DNA from: Haliotis rubra
Lineage: Eukaryota
Assembly (NCBI RefSeq): GCF_003918875.1
Contig: NW_025765381.1
Coordinates: forward strand, 372,001 to 436,000
Reading direction: 5' to 3'
Length of the DNA: 64,000 bases
Each line of letters begins with the position of its first letter. Positions within the stretch are counted from its first letter, which is position 1. The translations under genes and the position numbers were made by a program. Positions 40,201-51,525 of the stretch are shown one piece after another. Under the pieces are notes generated by a model. It was not told where the DNA came from. It ran no database searches and worked only from the letters and a program-made list of their open reading frames with translations.

Positions 40201-42263
40201 ACAGTATACAGGACATTAGTCTGTCTCACAGTCCCTGAACCACATTAATGTCCCTACTGCCAAGCCTTCTTTGCAGTGATAAAGCCCTAAATAAAGCAAG
40301 TCTAGATTTCCTCAGGTTTAGGTCTAACAGGACATGAACAAGCCAGTATGAGAGAAGACTGACGGATAAAACAACACTCCTATGGTTCACCGTATCTTCC
40401 TGAAAATAATATACACGTTAATTACTTGTTAATACCATTGATGAATTTAGTCGTATCTCTTCCGAATATTGATGTGTGATCGGAGTAATGATGAAACCCC
40501 GTCCTTTTTAAAGGGACATGGACAGACTGTTGCAAGTTTTGACAAACGTTTTCAAACGAGCGTCCAATCACAAGGATGACAAGGTGTTTGTGGGATGTGC
40601 GCACAACGTAGACGTAAATGATGACACCAAATGCTGTGAAATAAAAACAAGGACACAATTCATATTTGTGAAATGAGTAGGTATGAAATCTGCTTATGTT
40701 TCTGAAAAGGATATACAATGAAAGTTAATTGCAGTATGTTTATGAGAATGGAGTGAAATACAGTTACAATACCAACCGTAAATTGAGTATGAAATCACTA
40801 CAAAGACACAAGTTATAACACGTATCGCGAACAACAAAAATGTTATGATTTTTCATTTCAAGGTATTGGAATTTGCCAATGAAGGTCAAGGGGTACTTAA
40901 TTTAAAGGTATGTACGATTTGTTGGTACCGTTTATTTCTTCCGCAAAAGTAAAATGTGTCCTAACAGACCTGAAGGAAACAATCCATAATACGAACTGCA
41001 ATGACTTCAAGTTGTATTTATACTTTATTACTTTCTATTCCATGCTATATATCATCTGACAGATATGTATCTCTGTAAGCCACGTGAACAGCTGCCAAGG
41101 CGTTATTTTCGTTCTTGCATTTAGAAGCACATATATCTAACCTTCTCTTACTACAGGCACCGACATGGGTACAGTTAAACGAGATATGGCCCATTAAGTT
41201 AATGGGGTTAAATGTTCCTCTGATTAATATGTAGGATGCTGTCTGTCATCCTGAGAATTAGAGAACAGCGAGTTATTTACTGTTTGAAATTATTACCAAA
41301 AGTCCATTGGTTGTCCTTTAACTTTATCGTGGTAAACAGATTGAGAAACCGTCACGCTTATAAACTTGACAGTTTCTTTTCACATTCCAAAGCTAATCGA
41401 AATGGGTTTTTTTCAGGATCTATGTTTAAACATGCACTTGATATAAGACGTTGTACCCTCGTGTAGAGTTATCTGATCTGAAGGGAATGAGTTCATGTGC
41501 TGTAGCATGACGTGCAGACAGAACGTCGAGGCATTGATTACATGGAAGCAAACGCTGGCGAGTGTTGGAGCAGTTTGATATGCTAGTTATATGAGAAATT
41601 AATATGACATAGATACACTGTAATTACAGTTGTTTGTAGGCCATCAAGTGTTGATAGGATATGATGTAACTCTATTATAAAGATAAAAATTCCATAAACA
41701 TCAATATCTTGTACATGGAAGTCAAGCAAACTAGTGACCAAAATGATGAGCAACGTCTCCTCTCCTCGGTTACGATGACACGAAATGAGACCATTAAACC
41801 GTGAATTCGAGAATGTTGAGGGTGTTACCTGGCTTCATCTTAGTTGCGACTTGTCATACACCTAGGGGGTATGAATTTCGTTTGAAGTCAAGACTACAGT
41901 TTGGGATCTGTTTGACAATACTTATGACAAACACTGACAAGTTTGGAAACAGTGCAAAATGTTAATCAAATGAACATAAAATATGACACCATTAGGAAAA
42001 ACATTTCATCACTATATAATTTGTAGGCGTTAACATTCCCAACAATGCAACTTTGCTCACTACTAAACGAATTACAGAAAAAGAAGAACAAGATCTTACA
42101 ATTTAAAGGAAATACACAATTATTTGATTTTTCTTGGCACTACACTAAAATAAATCAACTAAAGGACAATGTATGATAAGATTTGATTATGACGGTGTTG
42201 GATATTTTCATTTGAGTCAGATCAAGCTTCGTCCGTTTCATTTTGTGCATGTATTGCACTTTA

Positions 42264-43535
42264 TAGTATGACCAGAAAGTATTGAGAATTTAAAGATTGT
42301 AATTATTTTTATTTTTTTTCACTCATTACTCACGTATTAAATGTGAATATTAGCAGAACATAACTCTGGATTCAAAGACAGGTGAACAGTTAGTATTTTG
42401 TCAAGTCACCATGGGCAGCAATGCAGGCTTCAATGCAGCGGGGCATGCTACTGATCAAAGAAGTTAGAAAGTCTGTCCCAATATCGGACCACCTCTTCTT
42501 TCATTTCAGCAATATTTGTCAGTCACTTTCCTTCATAATTGACACTTTCCTTCATAAGTCCCCAAACATTTTCTATTGGATTTAGGTCAGGGCTATAGCT
42601 TGCCCAATCTAATAATGTCATATTTTGGGTCCGAAACCAGGACTGTGAATGCTTTGAACGATGTTTTGGGTCGTTGTCCTGTAAGAAAATCCAAAATTGT
42701 CCATAGAACACGTGAGAAGATGGAAGTAAATGTCCCTCGAGAATATCTGTGTACCGCTCACTGTTCATATTCCCTTCAAATACACAGAGGGGCGTTGCCC
42801 CTAACACAGATATGCCACCCCACACGTTAAATTTCGGACTGTACTTTGGGCGCTGATACAAAGGTGTTTCAGTTTGTTTGGTCCAGAATTTCAGTGCATT
42901 GGGAAACAGCCACACAGAACTTTCATCTGAGAAAATCACATTGTGCTGTAAGCACCAGTTCAACCTTCGCTCCTTTTGTTCAGGTTTCATGATCGGTGAT
43001 GGAATTCCTCGACTTTTCTGCCAAACCACTGCATGCAGCTCAGTTCTAATTGTCTCCTTACAGACAGCCACAGTTCCTCTATCAATCATTTCCAGCCTTA
43101 GGTTTTCTTAACGCCTTCGTTTGTTTTTAGAACCAAGAATACCAAGCCGCCTCCTGTCACCGACAGTCAATTTTCTGGGCCTACCTGCGCCTCCCTGGTG
43201 CTCAATGCCATATCCATTTGCAATATTTTTCAAAACATGATAAACAGTGGACAAAGGGATGCCTGTTCTACTTGAAATCACTTTAGCTGATCTGATGGTA
43301 TAATACTCTAAAATCAACTTCCTCTTCTCTAAATCATCCATACTGAGGATCACTGAAAATGTCGTCTGCTAGCAAGTAAACAGAGGGGGATAACTCTTCA
43401 CAAACTAATGAAAAAGGATTAACGGAGTTGTCATTCTTGGATGAAACCAAGCACTTGATAGCTGGTCAAGGTTGTTTATACTAGAAATCCAATTAAACAT
43501 ATTACTAAAATTCCCAATAATTTCTGGTCATACTA
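42264..43535 (-). mobile_element. Tc1 DNA transposon (DD34E), full length with a disrupted transposase
   Basis: TIR TAGTATGACCAGAAA at both ends, TA TSD; GAGRPRK, VIFSDES, FLQDNDPKH and SPDLNPIENVW with 34 residues between D and E. Confidence 0.96.
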
Positions 43536-44784
43536 TATATCAATACTTAATGTATAAGTCAAACTACCTCATTTCAGAGTTTTAAGGAAGCATTTTGTCA
43601 ATGCATGAACATGAGCATGTTTGTCGCACAAGGTGCTTTTCCTACTCATGTAGATCAATCCAGATGAAGAACATGTAAGAAAGAAAACAAATACAAATTA
43701 TCAACCTTTTGAATTTGTCTGATCATTTGTATGTCCTTATTTGGAAGTTGTAATTATATCATTTGACATTTCCAGTGGGCCAAATACAGGCCTTTCCAAC
43801 CTCGACCTTCTTCACTAAAACATGTCAAATCAGAAATTGACGCTTTAAGTTTTGCTGGGTCAAGTATGAATGTTGACATCGATGCTATTTTGAAAATCGC
43901 AATGCCGACAGAGATAATTTTGAACATATTTTAGATCCCGACCATTCATAAACATCCTAAACCCAAACTAATGTTACCAACAAGTAACGATTTAGGACAT
44001 AAAGTATCTACCGTCATTGCTCTCCTTTATGTGCTAATCAGTTCCACGGGAACGAATATTTCTGTGTACGTACATTATTAAGATGATTAATCCAAAGCGT
44101 AAGTACATGCAAATTGAATTGGTTTATGTTTCAGGTTAGCTGACAGATTGTATATTTGCCATAATATGAGGCATTGGTTTTGAAGATTGGTTACCTCAGG
44201 CCACCAAATACAATTTTTACTACCAGGTTGCATATAGTTGGTTGTACAGCTTGAAACGACGATATATTGTTCTCATCTTAAACTCAAGCTCCACACGAAC
44301 ATGCAGGTATTTGTGCCTTTGAGTAATGAATATTTGTGTTGGCGTTGTGCCCAAACATATGCATTCATACAAACAGCTTTCCAAAAAATAAGAAAAGACA
44401 TGCAAATGTGTGTTGTCTTTCATCTGTTCCAACCCAGTGCTTTGAGATTATATACCATCCGTCTACAGGTAAGATTTATCCCACCGGAAAATGTTAAAGA
44501 TAACTGCTCTGAACAGAAATGAGATGAAACATGTGCAACACAAGAAAGCTGAACGACTCATATATCATCATTGCCTAAGACAACCAAGCATATGGATATT
44601 TTCGTACATGGAAAGGAATACCAATGAGGAAATGTTATCATATTAATACAACGTTATACTCATTGGCACTAAAACTCATGCGGTGGAGAACAATTACAGG
44701 CATTTACCTGGACTATACATTTTAAAGACCAAATACCATACGTTGTATGCTGCTGCACAGGCGAAACGTTCTTACACACAATCC

Positions 44785-44950
44785 GGGGCGACGGGGTAGC
44801 CTAGTGGCTTAAGCGTTAGCTCGTCACGCTGAAGACACGGGTTCGATTCCCCACATGGGTACAATGTGTGAAGCCTATTTCTGGTGTCCCCCGCCGTGAT
44901 ATTGCTGGAATATTCCTAAAAGTGGCGTAAAACCATACTGACTCACCCAC
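44785..44950 (+). mobile_element. SINE family 1
   Basis: Consensus match; TSD TACACACAATC. Confidence 0.95.
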
Positions 44951-45078
44951 TACACACAATCTGTCGAGCGATTACGACGGGAGAGTCTTTTAGTTTTTAA
45001 CACACTAATGATTTTTCTTGTGGGTCACGTCGCATCAGCTTAGTGTGATGTACACCGTATGAAAACGCTAAAACATGT

Positions 45079-45443
45079 TAAAGCATGAAGAATAATGACA
45101 ATTATTATGGATATACAACTTCTTTTATTCTGCGGAGGCGACGTTTCGACATAGGTTCTAATGTCGTTGTCAAGCAAGTGATACATGAGTAACAAATTGA
45201 GAGAATATATACAGGAGTTGTTACAGTAGATAGGGAATGAGTTGTTTATACAATAGATGAGGTTGATGTACAACGTTTGTATGAGAGATTGAGTAAAATT
45301 TGTTACTCATGTATCACTTGCTTGACAACGACATTAGAACCTATGTCGAAACGTCGCCTTCACAGAATAAAAGAAGTTGTATATCCATAATAATTGTCAT
45401 TATTCTTCATCAACTCAACTTCTAAAATGTCCATCAAAGATGT
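45079..45443. mobile_element. Penelope-like terminal-repeat remnant arranged as a 114-bp inverted repeat
   Basis: Arms 45085-45198 and 45297-45410 differ at 2 positions; TSD TAAAACATGT; related to the Penelope terminus at 49555-49605. Confidence 0.8.
45315..45360 (+). ncRNA. Minimal hammerhead-ribozyme-like motif (variant core)
   Basis: TTGACAA-C-GACAT-TAGAACCT-ATGTC-GAAACGTC; the stem covaries with the copy at 49567-49600. Confidence 0.5.
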
Positions 45444-45526
45444 TAAAACATGTAAATTATAATATTTTGAACTCTGGTATATTCATCCACTCAAAAATAT
45501 GTCCCATCATCACAAACAGCACAAGA

Positions 45527-45698
45527 GTTACAGACATTGATGGGCAATACGACAGGCGTAGCATTCCTACCCTGCTGAGATGAGTTACTTGCAACATGCA
45601 CAACGAACAACAGTTACAGACATTGGTGGGCAATACGACAGGCGTAGCATTCCTACCCTGCTGAGATGAGTTACTTGCAACATGCACAACGCACAACA
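45527..45698. repeat. 86-bp tandem duplication inside P4
   Basis: GTTACAGACATTG..CACAACG(A/C)ACAACA occurs twice. Confidence 0.92.
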
Positions 45699-46547
45699 GC
45701 GTGGTGGCGACATGTGCATCGGTGTCAGAGAGTCTGGAAATATCTCACCTTCATCATAGTTTTTTTAGTTGGGATAGCTGCTCGTACTTCCACGTGCATC
45801 ACGAGATTTTCATTTATCTTGTAGTAAGCACTGGGCTTTTCCGGAAGCTGTGGATAACTATGAAAACAGAGGTTTTACCTTTGAGAAAAAGTGTGAAAAG
45901 TTCAACGCTTTACAGGCCGTAAGAATACTAACCTTAGAGAAGCATATTTCCATATGACTTTTGAACGGTATATCTAGTCAGAATTCCCTAAACAATATTT
46001 AGCAATTTGAAAGCATTAGTTACAGAACAGTAAAACATAAATTACAAGCACAGCGAATATATTCGATGTGTCACTGATAGCAGAAGTTCGTCCGTTTTCT
46101 ATACCAGTGATACTGACAGTACGACCAGTGATAAAAAGTAGAACTCCATGCTGCTTGGAGCTGTGAAGACTGTGAAGCACATTATTCAAGTACTTTAACC
46201 AACCTGGGTGAGAAAAGGCCGAAGAACAAAGCCACATTCATGAGGTTCGGTATATCTCCAAGAAAACTTAGTACATTGTTAATGAACTGTGCTAACTGTT
46301 CATACAGCAATCTTCGCACGTCTGTCATATGTATTTCAAATGAAACATGAACCAAACTATACTAAAGGCTTTTGACACAAAAATTATGAATTCCAAGATT
46401 ACTGACAGTGTACATGATGCCCCCTCTTAATATCTAATAGTAGGAACTTGATTTTAAGAACAAAACATAATAATAAGTACATGTGATGATTAAACTAGGG
46501 GTTTGTAGAACTAATTTGTTATCATTGCTCAAAGGTGCACAGCTGCA

Positions 46548-46639
46548 TTGTCTGGTCCAGACTCGATTAGTTACAGACCGCCGCCATATAGCTGGAGTAT
46601 TGCTGAGAGCGGCGTAAAACTATACTCACTCACTCACTC
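46548..46639 (+). mobile_element. SINE family 2, 3' fragment
   Basis: TTGTCTGGTCCAGACTCGAT...CACTCACTCA; TSD CTCAAAGGTGCACAG. Confidence 0.85.
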
Positions 46640-47589
46640 AAAGGTGCACAGGGCACTTACAAAATTTGTGTACTTGTTGCCAACAGAGATAGAGTTTGAA
46701 ATTATCAGGTGTGTACTTTGTTTTGTACGTCAGTGTACGTCTGTTTGTTCAGTGGAAGGCCTGTGTGTATCTAACATGAAGAGCCATGAGCTGAACCTAA
46801 AAGGAAGTTTGCTCAGATGTACATGTTACATTACTCGATATAGTGCTCGATATGGGCACGGGCAACTGTTTCTAGGACTTGGTCTGTTGTGAGCAAGTTT
46901 AAAGATTGTATGAATTCTAATGAATGATAATATCACAATGGGAGCTGTGTGTTTTCGTAAATATATATGTGGCTGAAAATAGGATGGCCCTACGGTCCAA
47001 AATTTGTTATGACATCTCTGACTCCAAATGTTTCTAAAATTGGTGACTGTGCAATGAAACTAAAACACCCAGAAACCTGTAATGGATTGCTTTGTTTGTT
47101 CAAAACAAATCATGTAACGTACACATTGAAGTAAACAAGTATTCCTCTGTCGATTCCAAATTGATGATGAAGTTAGGAAGGTGCAGATGATACTCGATAC
47201 ACCTAAATGTATTGCTCACATAAGAAGGTCGCTTGGCTTCTGCGCCATTGCCAGATTGTTTACCCTTGCTCTCAGTACACGTGTTGGTTCTCAGTTTCAG
47301 TAATGCGATCGCTGCATGTGTACTGTTTTTATTATGCAACATTGGCTTTTAAAGCTAAGATTCGCTTCGAACTGTTTGACATCAAACAAATTACCTGAAT
47401 TCCTATTCTATATATGGACAGACAGCTATATATCAATGTAGGCTATGTGAATAACTGCTAAGGTAATTTTGGTTCATCCACTGACATGCCTACTTTCTAC
47501 AGAAACCTCTTTATGTGCAGTTCAGGATGGTGGCCTATGAACAATGTTTGGGCAGGTTTCTTGTTTTATGTTTCGGACTAGTTAAGGAG

Positions 47590-47924
47590 GTAAGGTGAAT
47601 TGGGTTTTACGTCGTGCTTGAGAATATTTCGCTCTTATGACGACGTGCATGCGTGTGTATGTGTATGTGCGGCTGCTTGTACTAGCCCAGACTTAGGCTG
47701 GTTTTATAGTGCTTGCCCGCTGAGATACCATGCCGCAGTGAAGCATGAATACCCCACTCAGACACATTATACTGACTCCGAGCCGACCAGTCCTTGTTGT
47801 ACCCATTAATGCCTAGCGCCAGGCAGGGACCAACAAGTACCATATTTAACGTCTTTTGGTATGACGCGGTGGGGGATCGAACCCACCATCTTCCGCTCTC
47901 CGGGCGGACGCTCTAACCACTACA
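47590..47924 (-). mobile_element. tRNA-derived SINE family 4
   Basis: Minus-strand head GTAGTGGTTAGAGCGTCCGCC..GGTTCGATCCC; related fragments at 38485-38660, 51085-51290 and 60790-60990. Confidence 0.82.
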
Positions 47925-48664
47925 CGACGTAGGCGGTTGACTAATTAAGAAATGTAAAGGAAATGCACAATATATATACAATATTTCAGTTTTACCACAG
48001 AGTCCAGGCATTGAGTCTTCAGCCTCAGAACTGAAAGCGACAAAACCATTGACTTTTACTCCTAAAACTGGGTAGGAGATCACGTTACCGTGATATAGAA
48101 ATGACATCCAACAATTACAGATCTGATTACCACAGTACTCAATGACTAAGTAAATCGCTGGAGACATCAGTTTCATGGCAAATGACGGAGACATGCCGTC
48201 ATGGGCACAAGGTGCACGATTCGCTTGAAAACTTTTGATTGGACATCGTGAGTGAGTATTTGAATATTGTCATACGTCACATCAGCAATTTGGGGCGAGT
48301 TGGATGTATCGGAACATGATAGAATGTCTTGATGTTTTTTTCCACGTGGCTTTGATGGTGTTATTCCTCTTGAAAACTGCATCTATACTTACCTGTTTCT
48401 GTAAGTATCTCTGGATTTTGTGACTGACGGCTCCACAGCCATAGTAAGGGAAAATGATAACAAAATTTATGGTGTGGTTTGTAGAAGGTGGATGTATTAG
48501 TTGGTATCATCTGTTGCACAAGCTCTCGTAGTAGTGGTTATTCTGTGGGACGTCTTGTTTCAGGTGATGGAATTCGGTGGAAGGGTTGTCATGAGCTAGT
48601 TGTCGAGGGTCGAGATAAAGCCTTTCTTGACTTGAGGCGGATGGTTGGATGCGTAGTGAAGGTA

Positions 48665-49080
48665 CTGGTATCTCTTTGTGGTCAGTACAACTGGTATCTC
48701 TTTGTGGTCAGTACAACTGGTATCTCTTTGTGGTCAGTACAACTGGTATCTCTTCGTGGTCAGTACAACTGGTATCTCTTCGTGGTCAGTACAACTGGTA
48801 TCTCTTTGTGGTCAGTACAACTGGTATCTCTTTGTGGTCAGTACAACTGGTATCTCTTTGTGGTCAGTACAACTGGTATCTCTTTGTGGTCAGTACAACT
48901 GGTATCTCTTTGTGGTCAGTACAACTGGTATCTCTTCGTGGTCAGTACAACTGGTATCTCTTTGTGGTCAGTACAACTGGTATCTCTTTGTGGTCAGTAC
49001 AACTGGTATCTCTTTGTGGTCAGTACAACTGGTATCTCTTTGTGGTCAGTACAACTGGTATCTCTTTGTGGTCAGTACAA
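48665..49080. repeat. 26-bp minisatellite (CTGGTATCTCTTTGTGGTCAGTACAA)x16
   Basis: Exact 26-bp period with a single T/C variant site. Confidence 0.98.
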
Positions 49081-49559
49081 CATCAGCAACCACTGGGAAC
49101 CGTGTACAACGTTCAGTGCAGTTGTGTATATGAGGATGTTGGTGAAACATCCAAACCACACATATTCCGAATGAAAGAACATCAGAGCTCAGCATTAAAA
49201 CTTGACACCCAATAAGCATTATTAGGTCATATCCGAGACAATTCACATACCACATCCAGTGGGATAAAGTCAAAACTCTAACAACCAGCTTCAAACACTT
49301 CAAAAAGAGAAAATTACAGGACTCCAATCTTCAATGAACCGTGATCAAGGCTATTAATTATACCCCAATCTTACCATCAACTCATCAAAGATTCTCATCA
49401 GTCATAATTATTTTGCTAATACTTACGGCTTCACTTGTTAGCGTGTTTTATACACTGATCTAAACCACTGCGCAATTAATTGGCTTTCCCACGGTATTGC
49501 TAACTTAATTAATCCAATCAACAGTACAAGCACTTGTATATATATGCCACTCTGTTCAT

Positions 49560-49605
49560 CACTTGCTTGATAACGGTGTTAGAACCTGCACCGAAACGTC
49601 GCTTC
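49560..49605 (+). ncRNA. Minimal hammerhead-ribozyme-like motif in the Penelope terminus
   Basis: TTGATAA-C-GGTGT-TAGAACCT-GCACC-GAAACGTC. Confidence 0.5.
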
Positions 49606-51295
49606 TTGTACTTCCTTTAATAAGGACATCGAAACCATTTTAATAAGGAAACGGACTTTCTGCATTTACTTCAAACCAAGATGTAATATGTTATTGCCAA
49701 CCGAGCTAGCATGGAACCTGAGAGACCGTTTCATAAATAATATTTCTATTATTACAGATGCAGCAAGACACACTCTACCTTCTGTCATGCATCAAAATGA
49801 AATAACCCCTGCTGGGCTTAATCTTTTCTTTGGAAACCGGTAGTGCACTTGTGTGTATTTCGTATTACGGAAATGTTTTGTTGGTTTCCTATTTTTCAAA
49901 ATCTATTAAGCAGGATTATTTACGTTTTCTGATCCTTTGAAAACGAAAAAGATATTCCAGTGTGATTGGTTTCAGTGTTTCGTGTGAATAGTTTTATATT
50001 ATTTTCTGCAAATTGTTTCATATAATGTACCTCCCTTACAAGTGACAGGATCTGCTGGTTGTTGGTTTGATTGTCACTGAGGAGTGTGGTCGCTGGTCTG
50101 TTCGCATCAAGAATGTGCTGAGAGGATTCAGTAAAGTGGTAATTTGACCTCGACCTGTTTTACTTTCAGCTATAAGGTATTATATTATAAATCCGTGACA
50201 TCTTGACAGCCTGGATCAGTGAGATGTCCCAGTAATTGAAACATTCGCTCGTCTCACTTCATGGATACAATGTGTGAATACAATTTATGGCGTCCCCGGG
50301 TTTGATAATGCTGGATTATTGCTAAAGGTGGCGTAAAACCGAACTCATTCACTCGCTCGAACATATAATTGTCGAGAAACTATTCAAGGCAGCCATAAAC
50401 ATCATTTACATGCTTACTGACCAAGATGTTAAGAAAACAACATATGTGATAAAGAGCTGGCACAGGACCAACCGATGACTTACAAACAATATTTTAAGTG
50501 GTATGATGAATATTTTGTCGAGAGTGCAGACTAGTATCTAACGTATGTATGCATTATCAACGGGATCGGTCTTCGTGCAATGCTGCCTTGTAATTGAAGC
50601 TAAAACTGAAATGCTTTTCAAAGCTGTTCCACTCCCAACTATAATTAAATTATGAAAATCCTTGCACAGGAATGTTTGTACATAACGAATTTCAATTAAC
50701 CTGTCATATGAGTCTGTAAAGATGGTTATTAACTAGGCACTTATGGATATCACAAGCGACGTCTCACTGAAGAGCTTCCTGTCTTCTGGAAGTTTGAACA
50801 TCACCGCACTTCCGATTGCAAAGGAATGTATATTGTATTTGATAATATTCAGACTGGTACACTGCGTGTCATCCAGCGTCAGTACATCCACGCGGTTGTA
50901 CAGGGCGTGTTATCCCCGAGATGGGACTATGTATATCTTGGCGGTGTTAAATCAGTGAAGTGTTTGCAACACCTGTACGATGTACCACAGTCCTGGGATC
51001 TGGAAATGCATCGCTGTATCATCAACGTTACGTTGTAGTCAATTTAAACTAATCAGGAATGCGTATTTATCAGTTATCAGTCAAAAGGTTTAACGTTGCG
51101 TTCAGTGTTATTGCGCTCTAACAGCAACGTCCATGTGTGCGTGCGTGTGTGCGTGCGCGTATATGGCTGCTTGTAGTTTTCCCGACTTATGGCGTTTATA
51201 GTACTAACCCACCGAGATACTAGTTTAACACGGATCGATACCACATTATGCTGATTCTGATCTGACTAGAATTTTATATTATCCTTTCAATACCA

Positions 51296-51461
51296 GGGGC
51301 GGTCGGGGTAGCCTAGTGGTTAAAGCGTTCGCTCGTCACGCCGAAGACCAGGGTTCGATTCCCCACATGGACACGATGCGTGAAGCCCATTTCTGGTGTC
51401 TCCGTCGTGATGTTGCTGGAATATTGCTAAAAGCGGCGTAAAACTAAACTCACTCACTCAC
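51296..51461 (+). mobile_element. SINE family 1
   Basis: Consensus match; TSD-like TTT(C/T)AATACCA. Confidence 0.93.
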
Positions 51462-51525
51462 TTTTAATACCAAGAATATCGTTTCGTATTGTTCAGCCTG
51501 TTTTTTAGACTAACAACTAAAAGTA

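Larger units (their letters stand above)
44140..46030 (-). pseudogene. Class C GPCR-like pseudogene copy P4 (paralog of P1)
   Basis: RRMVYNLKALGWNR (compare mGluR AMVDIVKALGWNY), FLESCLYECICLG and EQYIVV; aligns to 27290-28930. Confidence 0.6.
48245..49640. mobile_element. Rearranged Penelope-like retroelement (inverted RT C-terminus, GIY-YIG endonuclease, terminal repeat)
   Basis: Minus strand QYLHYASNHPPQVKKGFISTL and FPYY..VSHKIQRYL; plus strand GTVYNVQCSC..VGETSK..RMKEH (GIY-YIG). Confidence 0.88.

Noticed and set aside
48488-49215. 228/188/151-aa repetitive ORFs
   Set aside because: Products of the 26-bp array, except the terminal GIY-YIG fragment
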